In this document: in pieces, positions 24,427-32,000 of the stretch
Numbering within the stretch: position 1 is the stretch's first letter
Layout: every line of letters begins with the position of its first letter
NCBI RefSeq assembly: GCF_000446015.1
Contig: NC_022093.1
Coordinates: 150,001-182,000, forward strand
Direction: 5' to 3'
DNA length: 32,000 bases
Source: Thermofilum adornatum
GTDB taxonomy: Archaea > Thermoproteota > Thermoprotei > Thermofilales > Thermofilaceae
Position numbers and translations under genes: made by a program
Notes under the pieces: model-generated
Database searches by the model: none
Seen by the model: only the letters and a program-made list of their open reading frames with translations
Told to the model about the DNA's origin: nothing

Positions 24427-24843
24427 CTACTTAATGTGGTTGCTTATTTTTAAGACAGCGTCTTCCGGCGCTGTGTATGGTATAAAGTGAAAGTTAGGCC
24501 ACGTTATGCCCCGAATCATTGCTGACACATTGTTTACTCTGTCCTCGAGAGCTAGTGCTATAACTTCTTTCCCTTTTAGCAAGAAATATGCGATTTCAAA
24601 TCCTACTCCGAGGCTTGGATAGGAGACTTCTGCCACTAGAAAGTCTGCTTCTTCAAGTAGCTTTATGTCTCTCTCGAATATTTCACTGGGAGTCATGCCT
24701 CTGTCTATATCAAGAACATCTTCAGCAACATGCTTAGTTAATACTACGTGTCCATGCTCCTCTAGCATCCTGCATATCTGCTTTACATTGTTTAAGGCGC
24801 TCCTATCCCCCCTCATAGGAGCAGCAAGATATATTTTAGCCAT
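24427..24843 (-). CDS. 2'-deoxynucleoside 5'-phosphate N-hydrolase (DNPH1/Rcl family; nucleoside 2-deoxyribosyltransferase-like fold)
   Basis: IYLAAPMRGDR, VLTKHVA, EADFLVAEVSYPSLGVGFEIAY and SAMIRG parallel DNPH1's IYFCGSIRGGRED, VLTEHVA, VVAEVTQPSLGVGYELG and SAMIRG. The catalytic Glu in GFE is conserved. Confidence 0.75.
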   Translation of the reverse strand: MAKIYLAAPMRGDRSALNNVKQICRMLEEHGHVVLTKHVAEDVLDIDRGMTPSEIFERDIKLLEEADFLVAEVSYPSLGVGFEIAYFLLKGKEVIALALEDRVNNVSAMIRGITWPNFHFIPYTAPEDAVLKISNHIK

Positions 24844-25319
24844 TATTTCTCGACCTGGCTTGCCCTTACAGGTAGCTTTGTGGACTCTTTAACGTTTTCT
24901 AACACGACAGACGTGTAAGTTTTCTCTACACCCTCAATGTTCCGCAACTTGTTGACTACGAGCTCTCCGAGTGCGTCTACGTTGCTTACCCTAACCTTTG
25001 CCAATATGTCCCATTCACCTGTTATGATGTGAACCTCCTGCACTTCGGGTATCTTTGCTATTTCGCTTGCAACTTTTCTCTGATCCAAACCTTTTTCGCG
25101 TGAAAAAGATATGAAGATATAGGCTAGAGTGTTGAAGCCGAGCTTCTTCGGATCCAAGATCGCTCTGTAGGCTTTTATGAAGCCCTCTTTCTCTAAACGC
25201 TTAAGCCTAGCGTGAGTAGTGGTTATCGGAGACCCTATTTTCCTGCTTAGCTCTTTCACTGTTAATCTTGCATTCTCTTGTAGGAGTTCTAGGAGGGCTA
25301 CGTCTTTTTCATCAAGCAT
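24843..25319 (-). CDS. lrp: Lrp/AsnC-family transcriptional regulator
   Basis: MLDEKDVALLELLQENARLTVKELSRKIGSPITTTHARLKRLEKEGFIKAY is followed by a RAM/ACT-like C-terminal domain. Its stop overlaps the DNPH1-like start (TAATG). Confidence 0.88.
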   Translation of the reverse strand: MLDEKDVALLELLQENARLTVKELSRKIGSPITTTHARLKRLEKEGFIKAYRAILDPKKLGFNTLAYIFISFSREKGLDQRKVASEIAKIPEVQEVHIITGEWDILAKVRVSNVDALGELVVNKLRNIEGVEKTYTSVVLENVKESTKLPVRASQVEK

Positions 25320-25362
25320 ACTGCTTGAAGAGAAAATCCTGAAAAATATACTTTACTCTTTT

Positions 25363-26046
25363 CTATTTTTTCGAAAAATCTTCTCTTTTTTCTTCAACTT
25401 CTTTGTAAAAAATCCTTGAAACACGTTCAACGAGGCTTCCTTCATCCCTTTTCCGGGAACTTTTCTCTATGTTCCTTCTAGCCTCCTTTATTGCTAGAAG
25501 GCTAGCCCTAATTGACGCCTCTTTTTCTATTTCCCTCAAAATTTTCCTAACAGTTTTTACCGCATTGCGTATCGTCATTGTTTCTGGGAGCGGTATCTCG
25601 AAAGAGACATACATCATGTCATCTTCGTCTTCCACGTCCACGAAAGAGATAAAGCCCATTGACAGTAACTCTCTAAGGGTAGAAGACAACGCGTCCTTCA
25701 TAGCTTCTAGTCCGATATAGGACTTCCAGTCGGCAGCCCACTCCTCGACGTTTACAAGGGCAGAGCTTCTGCCGAACTTTACTTCATATGTTAATATGTT
25801 GCCGAAACGCAACATGTAGACAATGTTTTTATCTATGTATGCAACAGGCTCAATAAATACTTCTTCGGGTATCTGATTAAGCCTTACCTTCCTCAAGTCG
25901 GCAATAGGGACAGGTACAAAGTCGCCTACACCCTCATAGAGCTCGCCGTTAATGTCGACGTAGAGGACTTCCCCGCTCTCGGAAAGAAAAGCCTTCACTT
26001 TGCCTGAGGCCACGAATCTTGCGGGTTTCTTGTATTTTTGACCCAT
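25363..26046 (-). CDS. Hypothetical protein with an acidic patch (VDVEDEDDMMY) and a K/E-rich helical tail
   Basis: The preferred start is ATG 26046 (MGQKYKKPARF...); the track begins at TTG 26067. I recognise no family. Confidence 0.6.
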   Translation of the reverse strand: MGQKYKKPARFVASGKVKAFLSESGEVLYVDINGELYEGVGDFVPVPIADLRKVRLNQIPEEVFIEPVAYIDKNIVYMLRFGNILTYEVKFGRSSALVNVEEWAADWKSYIGLEAMKDALSSTLRELLSMGFISFVDVEDEDDMMYVSFEIPLPETMTIRNAVKTVRKILREIEKEASIRASLLAIKEARRNIEKSSRKRDEGSLVERVSRIFYKEVEEKREDFSKK

Positions 26047-26195
26047 TATACACCAATCCCGCAACAAACAAGAAAATGCAGTATTAAAGCATAATGCTGC
26101 AGTTGTATCCCGCTCTCAGAGGCCATAACTTGTCCATTTTTAAAAGCACCCGGAAGATTTTTAAGCACACATAGAGAGAGAAATGGGTTTAGGCC

Positions 26196-26429
26196 ATGTC
26201 TATACTTGGAATAATAGGCATGGTTTTGATCGTGTCAGCTTGGATTGTAAGCATAGACAGCGTACCTAGCCTGCGTCTCAGCATCCTCTATGGGCTTGGA
26301 AGCCTGTTCCTAGCTATACATTCGTACATTATTGGCGATGCTGTTTTCTTGATCCTCAATGTGCTTTCCTTCGCAATTTCTGTCTTCAATATCTATAGGG
26401 GTTTGCGCAAAAAACAGATCTCAAGATAA
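26196..26429 (+). CDS. Small 3-TM membrane protein of unknown function
   Basis: 77 aa with three hydrophobic segments. Its stop abuts the GTG start of the HAD gene, so the two are probably co-transcribed. Confidence 0.55.
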   Translation: MSILGIIGMVLIVSAWIVSIDSVPSLRLSILYGLGSLFLAIHSYIIGDAVFLILNVLSFAISVFNIYRGLRKKQISR

Positions 26430-27143
26430 GTGGTGAAGGACATCCCGGCAGTGTTTTTCGACATGGGAAGCACACTAGTATTTGACAGAGGGTTTGCCAA
26501 TTTCTTGTCTAAGAATCTATCTGAAACTCTTGAAGAGAACACTGGAAGAAAATTTTCAAGCCAGGAAATATTAGATGCATGGAGCAAGTCAAATATTCAT
26601 GGAGAAGAGATTGAAACATGGGATCTCACTCGTTCAATGTTCTTGATACGGTACCTCGGCTTAACACCAACCCCACAACTCGTAGAGCTGGCTTACAAAG
26701 CAGTCCTCAAAAGCTATGTGGAGGGCTTTGAGCTCGACAGCGATGCTCTCGAAACATTAGCGAGGGTCAAGGAAATGGGGTTTAAACTTGGAATAATAAC
26801 AAATGTTGGAAGCTACGAAATAGTTAAAGATAGACTAGCTGAAGTAGGCCTGATAAGGTACGTAGATGTCCTCGTCGCGTCGCAAGCTGTTATATGGAAG
26901 AAGCCACACAGGAAAATATTCGAATGGTCATGCTTCTTAGCCAATGTATCGCCCGCCGAGGCTATACATGTAGGAGACGACCCCAAGGCCGACATAGAGG
27001 GCGCAAAAAACGCTGGGTTGCGGGCTATTCAGGTACTTAAAAAGGCGGCAGCTAAAAGCCCTATTGCAGATGCATGGGTTTACTCAGTTAAAGAAGTTCC
27101 AAGAGTCCTAGAAGAGTGGCTCTCCACGGGCTATATTCGCTGA
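26430..27143 (+). CDS. HAD-superfamily hydrolase (subfamily IA-like)
   Basis: Motif I is FFDMGSTLV, with Asp+2 replaced by Gly as in REG-2/dehalogenase-like members. Motif II is GIITNVGS and motif IV is HVGDDPKADIEGAKNAG. Confidence 0.8.
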   Translation: MVKDIPAVFFDMGSTLVFDRGFANFLSKNLSETLEENTGRKFSSQEILDAWSKSNIHGEEIETWDLTRSMFLIRYLGLTPTPQLVELAYKAVLKSYVEGFELDSDALETLARVKEMGFKLGIITNVGSYEIVKDRLAEVGLIRYVDVLVASQAVIWKKPHRKIFEWSCFLANVSPAEAIHVGDDPKADIEGAKNAGLRAIQVLKKAAAKSPIADAWVYSVKEVPRVLEEWLSTGYIR

Positions 27144-27699
27144 GAAGAATAGCTACGAGACCTTCTATCGTTTTGCCTTTCTTATCTCCAAAAACAGCCA
27201 GTAACGTCAAACGTGGTGGTTCGCCGATAATCTTAGGTTTGATCTCAGTGCAGAAAAGTGGAGCATACATGCAGAGGTCTTCGTTTCCCGGGGGCAACTT
27301 AAAGGTATCACCCGAGAAAATGCCGATAATGGCGCCGTCTGCCCCTTCCTTTACAGCCTGATCTCTTATCTTTAGAACATTGCTTGGAACACTTTCCTTC
27401 CTAAGCAATACATAAACTACAGTCTGCGACCCTAGCTCACGGCCATCCATGAAGCCTAGACGTTCCACGCCGAGGGCCTCTAGGATCCCATTTATAAACA
27501 TGGAGCCTTTCTCTGTTAATTGGGATCCAGCCCTTAGCTGAGTAATGTAGCCTTTCTCCTTTAGGCCTTTGAGATGAGTCTTTATTTTTCCCTCTCCAAG
27601 CTTAAATTCCTCTGCCAATGTTTGCCTGCCGACAAATCCATCTGTCAAATAGAGAAAAAGGAGAATAGATAAATCAAGTTTAGAACTTCCAGTGCTCAT
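27088..27699 (-). CDS. Winged-helix protein with an uncharacterised C-terminal domain (archaeal DUF4443-like putative regulator)
   Basis: The preferred start is ATG 27699 (MSTGSSKLDLSILLFLYLTDGFVGRQTLAEEFKLGEGKIKTHLKGLKEKGYI, a MarR/wHTH-like sequence). It overlaps the upstream gene by 20 nt. The DUF assignment is from memory. Confidence 0.55.
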   Translation of the reverse strand: MSTGSSKLDLSILLFLYLTDGFVGRQTLAEEFKLGEGKIKTHLKGLKEKGYITQLRAGSQLTEKGSMFINGILEALGVERLGFMDGRELGSQTVVYVLLRKESVPSNVLKIRDQAVKEGADGAIIGIFSGDTFKLPPGNEDLCMYAPLFCTEIKPKIIGEPPRLTLLAVFGDKKGKTIEGLVAILLSEYSPWRATLLGLLELL

Positions 27700-28168
27700 A
27701 CCTCCATACAATTATGTCTCCATTTGCAAGGGTATATTTGTCTGCCGCTACAGGTCCCATCTCCAATGACTTCTTCTCGGGACTGTACTTGTACCAGAGC
27801 CACGAATACCCCTCGCTTTTTGAAATAATATTCTCTGAGACACCGTTTATGGCTGTAACGTATGCCCCCATGGTTGAAAGCTTGTATTCTACCCTTGCAA
27901 CTGCTGTTAATGCAGATAGGGCAGTCGAGCCGGAAGGTAGGGGTGTCGAGTTAAACCAGACAACCGTGCCATTGCCATAGTCAATGGCTATGTTTACAAG
28001 AACAGCTTTGCTTTCGAGTGATGAAAGACTAGACTTAAGCCTTTGATTCTCCAAGTATAGATAGGAAGCAACACTGCTTGAAGCCAGCGCCCAAACTAGT
28101 AACGCTATTAGTAGGACAACGACAGTTTTGTTTTCTTTCTTCCCATTCACTGGTCCCTGTTGTGCCAC
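27680..28168 (-). CDS. Membrane-anchored DUF4430-domain protein (transcobalamin/intrinsic-factor beta-domain-like)
   Basis: GTG start and an N-terminal TM anchor. GAYVTAINGV...WLWYKY...GPVAADKYTLANGDIIVWRYE matches the DUF4430 pattern (..sIng..W.y.vNg....a..y.l.dGD.i.w.y). Confidence 0.65.
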   Translation of the reverse strand: MAQQGPVNGKKENKTVVVLLIALLVWALASSSVASYLYLENQRLKSSLSSLESKAVLVNIAIDYGNGTVVWFNSTPLPSGSTALSALTAVARVEYKLSTMGAYVTAINGVSENIISKSEGYSWLWYKYSPEKKSLEMGPVAADKYTLANGDIIVWRYEHWKF

Positions 28169-28182
28169 AATTAGTTGGATTT

Positions 28183-28749
28183 TTATCCAATATTTATATC
28201 TTTCTTTAGGTTTCTCTTTTCCAAACCCCTTATAAGTAGCACAGTAAGAATAGAAGTAGAAAACTCCGTTAATGGACCTATACCTATAAGGTAGCCACCC
28301 ATTACGGGTAAAAATAGCCCTATAAATGCGAATACAAGTGCCTTACTTATTTCTAAGCCGAACAAAATGTAAAGAAGTGTAGATGTGGATAAGTCAAAGA
28401 AGAAACAAAGGAGAAAAGCTTCCAAAAATAAAACAAGACCCTGTATTACACGCCGAGATGAAAAGCCAAATATATAGGAGACTAGCCCTGCTACAAGGGA
28501 GTTTACGATCGTCCAGAGGCCGGGATATATTAAAAGATCTGAAAAAACATACCCGAAGAAGCCGACCATTAAACCAATTTTACTGCCAAAAAGATAGGAA
28601 GCAACAAAAGCCAGTGCCAGTGGGATATTTAGAAACTGCATTGAAGTAACCGCGTTCTTGAGAAGCCTAAAGACTGTTGCCATGGAGACGAATACAGATA
28701 CTACAGCTATTGTCCTCGAATTCACGTGAATTTTTGGATAAATATCCAA
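28183..28749 (-). CDS. Orphan ECF-type S component-like membrane protein (PF12822-like)
   Basis: About 6 TM segments. NSRTIAVVSVFVSMATVF...FLNIPLALAFVASYLFGSKIGLMVGFFGYVFSDLL fits the S-component pattern. The alternative start GTG 28725 overlaps the upstream stop as GTGA. Confidence 0.55.
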   Translation of the reverse strand: MDIYPKIHVNSRTIAVVSVFVSMATVFRLLKNAVTSMQFLNIPLALAFVASYLFGSKIGLMVGFFGYVFSDLLIYPGLWTIVNSLVAGLVSYIFGFSSRRVIQGLVLFLEAFLLCFFFDLSTSTLLYILFGLEISKALVFAFIGLFLPVMGGYLIGIGPLTEFSTSILTVLLIRGLEKRNLKKDINIG

Positions 28750-29003
28750 TATAAAAACTTTGACACAGCGGGTAAAATTCTCAGAGCCAAATAGAAAAGT
28801 ACAGCGCCAAGCAACACCATGAATATTATCAAAACAACGGTTTCGGCGTTTCTACGGAGCTCCAGCTCTAGGCCCGTCGGTTCCTTACCGATGAATTTTT
28901 CAGCCATCGCGAATAAGGTCAGCATCATAATTATGGTAAACATCATGAATAGAAGGATTAGCCATAAAAAGGCAAGCCTCTCCATATTTAGCCCTGAAGC
29001 CAT
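28722..29003 (-). CDS. Small 2-TM membrane protein
   Basis: 93 aa with two long hydrophobic helices. It overlaps both neighbouring genes. The alternative start ATG 28985 (MERLAFLW...) lies 2 nt after the upstream stop. Confidence 0.5.
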   Translation of the reverse strand: MASGLNMERLAFLWLILLFMMFTIIMMLTLFAMAEKFIGKEPTGLELELRRNAETVVLIIFMVLLGAVLFYLALRILPAVSKFLYWIFIQKFT

Positions 29004-30295
29004 GAAAATATCTGTGAGAACTGCTGTTCCGTGATACAGAGCTTAATATCTAGACAGCCCTCAACGATTAGCCCTTTATGTGTCTTGTTGCTCCAGAAGA
29101 TAAGTGTGGGTGTACCAGTAAAGCCCTGTTGCATAAGGTTCCTGGAAAACGCCTGTATGTCCGACTGGTAGCTATTCAGCAATGGTGCGCACTTATCTAG
29201 AATGTTTTTCCCAAAATACTTTGCAACCGTCTTGTTTGCATCTGCCATGGTGGTTGTGGTTCCAGAGATGTATAGGTGGTATAGTTCTTGTGATACATTG
29301 AAATATGCGTAGCCGTCCTTGGATTGGTTGTATGCACACTTCGCTATCGCGTGCATTGGGACAACTTCTGAATGTATTATTAGATCCACAAATACTACTT
29401 GTAGTTTTCCGGTCTTTGCGTAGTTATATAACATGTTTCCAGTAGAGTTTATGAGCATTGCACAGTAGGGGCAGTGATAGTCCTCCAAGATGAAGAGCAG
29501 GTTGTCCGAGTCGCCCATTTTTACTCCTTTCCTGAGGAGGTCTGGATTTGGAGGAGCAAGTATTTCGTATGTCTGAACACCCAAGTATTGTAATACCTGA
29601 CCGACGACGTCCTCTCTAAAAGTGTAGTAGTTCTTGCCGAGGGAGACTACGTACTGGTACCCGGAAGAAAGGTTATAGTTTGATTTGAGGACTATTGCTG
29701 GTAGACGCGTTAAGTTTATGCCCAGCGAGTTTACAGAGACTTGCTGGATGCTTGTTATGTTTGAGAGAGATAATTGACCAACTATGTATTTTATATTAGA
29801 TTCGTTTTCCCGTATGTCCGAGAAAGGTGCAGTTCCCTTAACAATGTATAGTTCCGCTGTATATGTGAGGACGGGCTCGAGACCTGCTTGTGAAGCCATG
29901 TAGGCAGAGACCCCTGGATTAAGAACCTTGTAGCCGTCTATTTCTCCGACTACAAACAGTGATAATGCAGAAATGTTACCCTTGAAGAGTAGGGCTGGAT
30001 AAACCCTCAGTTTTTGAGAGAGGCTAGTGGCGGGGATGGAACAAACTGGGACATTTAGAATGTTCAAGCCGTATTGCTGAAGGGCCAGCTTCAGATTCGA
30101 GGTCACAGTGTCTGCGGCAGATTTTTGCTGGTCATTCAGATATACGTAGACTAGTGCGGTCGCAGGGCAGTTCTCTGGCGGCGTGCCCGGTGTGCCGGGT
30201 AGTGCTGGTGGTTTTTTGTAGACAAGTAGCACTCCTAGGATGATGCCAAAGATCAGTACGGCGAATGTTAGGCCATAGACTAGTTTACGATTCAT
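28988..30295 (-). CDS. Membrane-anchored extracellular thioredoxin-fold (DsbA-like) oxidoreductase with a CPYC active site and a large N-terminal ectodomain of unknown function
   Basis: It has an N-terminal TM helix, then a PGTPGTPP linker. I count about 10 N-x-S/T sequons. The C-terminal domain has FILEDYHCPYCAML and a cis-Pro loop, GTPTLIFW. Confidence 0.7.
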   Translation of the reverse strand: MNRKLVYGLTFAVLIFGIILGVLLVYKKPPALPGTPGTPPENCPATALVYVYLNDQQKSAADTVTSNLKLALQQYGLNILNVPVCSIPATSLSQKLRVYPALLFKGNISALSLFVVGEIDGYKVLNPGVSAYMASQAGLEPVLTYTAELYIVKGTAPFSDIRENESNIKYIVGQLSLSNITSIQQVSVNSLGINLTRLPAIVLKSNYNLSSGYQYVVSLGKNYYTFREDVVGQVLQYLGVQTYEILAPPNPDLLRKGVKMGDSDNLLFILEDYHCPYCAMLINSTGNMLYNYAKTGKLQVVFVDLIIHSEVVPMHAIAKCAYNQSKDGYAYFNVSQELYHLYISGTTTTMADANKTVAKYFGKNILDKCAPLLNSYQSDIQAFSRNLMQQGFTGTPTLIFWSNKTHKGLIVEGCLDIKLCITEQQFSQIFSWLQG

Positions 30296-30414
30296 TTATT
30301 TCGCCGATGCCACTATGTATGCTTAGAAATAAACTTGTCTATAAAGAAGACACATCCCTGGAAAGTAAGTCATCAAATAAAAATATTTAAACATGTCCTG
30401 GAAAAAATTTAGAC

Positions 30415-31614
30415 GTGAGTAAAATAAAAATTTCGGAGAGAATAGAGAGGCTAGACTACCCAATAAGGAAATACAATGCCCTGGCTAGAAGCCTTGAGGA
30501 AAAAGGAGAAAAAGTAATATACCTTAATATTGGGGACCCGCTCAAATACGACTTTCAGCCCCCTAGGGAACTCATCGAGGAGGCTTGTAGAGCACTGCAG
30601 GAGGGCCACCACTATTATTCTTCTTCCGAGGGCTTGAAGGAGCTGAGGGAGGCAATAGCCTACAAAGAAAAGACATGGAACAAGGTGGATATTGACCCGA
30701 AAAACATCTTGGTCACAAACGGTGTGTCGGAGGGCATAAACACCTTATACGCAGCGCTGGTCAACGAGGGCGACGAAGTGCTAATACCTGACCCGAGCTA
30801 CCCACTATACATAAACTTTGCCGACTTCTATGACGCAAGGAAAGTTTTCTACAGGACAATAGAGGAGGAAGGCTGGATACCAGATATAGACGATATGAGG
30901 AAGAAAATCACCGAGAAAACAAGGTTTATAGTTGTAAACAACCCGCACAACCCAACGGGTGCAGTTTATCCAAAGAAAGTTCTCCAAGATATCCTAGACT
31001 TGGCCGCCGAATACAAGCTACCCGTAGTCTCAGACGAAATATACGACGCCATGGTGTTCAACACAGAGTTCCACAGCGTTGCTTCCCTTGCAAAGAGCGA
31101 CAACATAGTTATAGGTATGAACGGCTTCTCCAAGACATATCTAGCCACTGGATGGAGACTCGGCTACATATACCTTAAGGGGCCAGAAGAAGAAATATCA
31201 AACATGAGGACAGCATTCCTCGGATTCCTAATGACAAGACTCTCAGCAGTAACACCCCTGCAAGTCGCTGTTGCGAGAGCAGTCTACAAGACGGGCAGCC
31301 ACCTAAAGGAGCTTGTAAGCAAGCTAGATGAAAGGAGAAGATACTCGGCTAAACGGCTCCGAGAAATACCTGGCTTCAGCTTGCCCGTGGAGCCCAAGGG
31401 AGCCTTCTATGTGTTTCCACGTGTAGACCTAAAAATGAACGATGAAGAATTTGCTAGACAGCTACTTTTAGACGAGAAGGTCTTTGTCGTATACGGCTCT
31501 GGTTTCGGACCCCTAGGCACAAACCATGTGAGACTAGTTTTCCTGCCGCCAGTAGATGTCTTAGAGGAGGCCTTCACGCGAATAGAAAGATTTATGCGAA
31601 AAATTTCTAGCTAA
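30415..31614 (+). CDS. Class I pyridoxal-phosphate aminotransferase, alanine aminotransferase-like
   Basis: GTG start. LNIGDPLKYDFQPP, NPHNPTG and the PLP-Lys motif NGFSKTYLATGWRLGY are present. As far as I recall it is closely colinear with Pyrococcus AlaAT. Confidence 0.85.
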   Translation: MSKIKISERIERLDYPIRKYNALARSLEEKGEKVIYLNIGDPLKYDFQPPRELIEEACRALQEGHHYYSSSEGLKELREAIAYKEKTWNKVDIDPKNILVTNGVSEGINTLYAALVNEGDEVLIPDPSYPLYINFADFYDARKVFYRTIEEEGWIPDIDDMRKKITEKTRFIVVNNPHNPTGAVYPKKVLQDILDLAAEYKLPVVSDEIYDAMVFNTEFHSVASLAKSDNIVIGMNGFSKTYLATGWRLGYIYLKGPEEEISNMRTAFLGFLMTRLSAVTPLQVAVARAVYKTGSHLKELVSKLDERRRYSAKRLREIPGFSLPVEPKGAFYVFPRVDLKMNDEEFARQLLLDEKVFVVYGSGFGPLGTNHVRLVFLPPVDVLEEAFTRIERFMRKISS

Positions 31615-32000
31615 GGAGCTGTAGGAATTCCTCTTTTTCTCGCTATTTCTTTCAACTCGTCGTCGTAAGTTGCAAGGGTGGCCCCCATTCTTTGTGCGAG
31701 GACAAGTATAATGTAGTCGTTGATCATGGTGGGGTCGGCACCGTCCTCTTTCATCATGTCAAGTGCCCCCATGAAGACCTCGCTGTTTTCGCTGATATAG
31801 ATGAAGCGAGCATCGCTGAAATATTCCTCTAGTTTTTCTCTAACGTTCTCGACATCTATTCGGAACTTCGTGAGTAGAAGCCAGAGGTATTCGTGTATCG
31901 TAATAGAAGCTATGTAGACCCTGTCTGCCTCGTCCAGCAACTGGGCCGCTTCTGCATGTTTCTCGCTGTCCTCAAAGGTGTCGTGAAGCAGTACATCTGT
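31611..32000 (-). CDS. PIN-domain protein (VapC-like); the 5' end is probably beyond the window
   Basis: The track gives 31611..31940 from a TTG start, but the frame stays open to position 32000 (..DVLLHDTFEDSEKHAEAAQLLDEADRVY..). The C-terminal half has DYIILVLAQ and TYDDEL (PIN acidic residues). Confidence 0.6.
   Translation of the reverse strand, partial: TDVLLHDTFEDSEKHAEAAQLLDEADRVYIASITIHEYLWLLLTKFRIDVENVREKLEEYFSDARFIYISENSEVFMGALDMMKEDGADPTMINDYIILVLAQRMGATLATYDDELKEIARKRGIPTAP

Noticed and set aside
31700-31757. ATGATGA-12 nt-CCGA on the minus strand
   Set aside because: It lies inside the PIN CDS (encoding MMKEDGADP). There is no downstream C'/D pair with CTGA at the proper spacing.
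1-32000. Search for CRISPR arrays, IS elements, transposases, integrases, tRNA and rRNA
   Set aside because: I saw no regularly spaced direct repeats, no transposase- or integrase-like ORFs, no terminal inverted repeats flanking the duplication at 10.7-12.0 kb, and no intergenic region large or GC-rich enough for a tRNA or rRNA. The only repeats are the diverged duplication and short promoter repeats.

Overview
This is a dense archaeal chromosome segment with about 46 protein genes on both strands. TATA-like boxes sit roughly 25 nt upstream of many starts. GTG and TTG starts are common, as are 1-4 nt start/stop overlaps, and the proteins are rich in K/E/I/V. Two C/D-box sRNA candidates are present. 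The overall picture fits a hyperthermophilic crenarchaeon, possibly Desulfurococcales-like, but that is a guess I cannot verify without a database search. Most of the content is housekeeping or accessory metabolism and transport:
- an AsnA-type asparagine synthetase (truncated by the window edge), ferritin, rubrerythrin, an enolase-superfamily dipeptide epimerase, ProC, a PAP2 phosphatase and an M42 aminopeptidase;
- a complete ECF transporter (S-T-A-A'), an MFS transporter, and a NitT/TauT-type ABC system with a duplicated permease;
- a bacterial-type adenylate kinase, a DNPH1-like dNMP N-glycosidase, a HAD hydrolase, an alanine aminotransferase, and two Lrp/AsnC regulators (one fused to a TRASH domain);
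- three PIN-domain (VapC-type) toxin loci.
I found no CRISPR array, transposase, integrase, tRNA or rRNA. The observations most worth following up are:
1. A tightly overlapped five-gene surface/transport operon at 27.1-30.3 kb. It encodes a CPYC thioredoxin-fold ectoprotein, a 2-TM peptide, an orphan ECF S-component, a DUF4430 protein and a wHTH protein.
2. A diverged tandem duplication of a regulator/hydrolase promoter unit, whose second regulator copy has been replaced by a vapBC cassette (10.6-12.1 kb).
3. Two intergenic C/D-box sRNA candidates with exact 12-nt guide spacing and compensatory C'/D' pairing.
4. An Lrp-DNPH1-CinA-like-cupin operon.
All functional calls rest on motif recognition by eye and none has been checked against a database.
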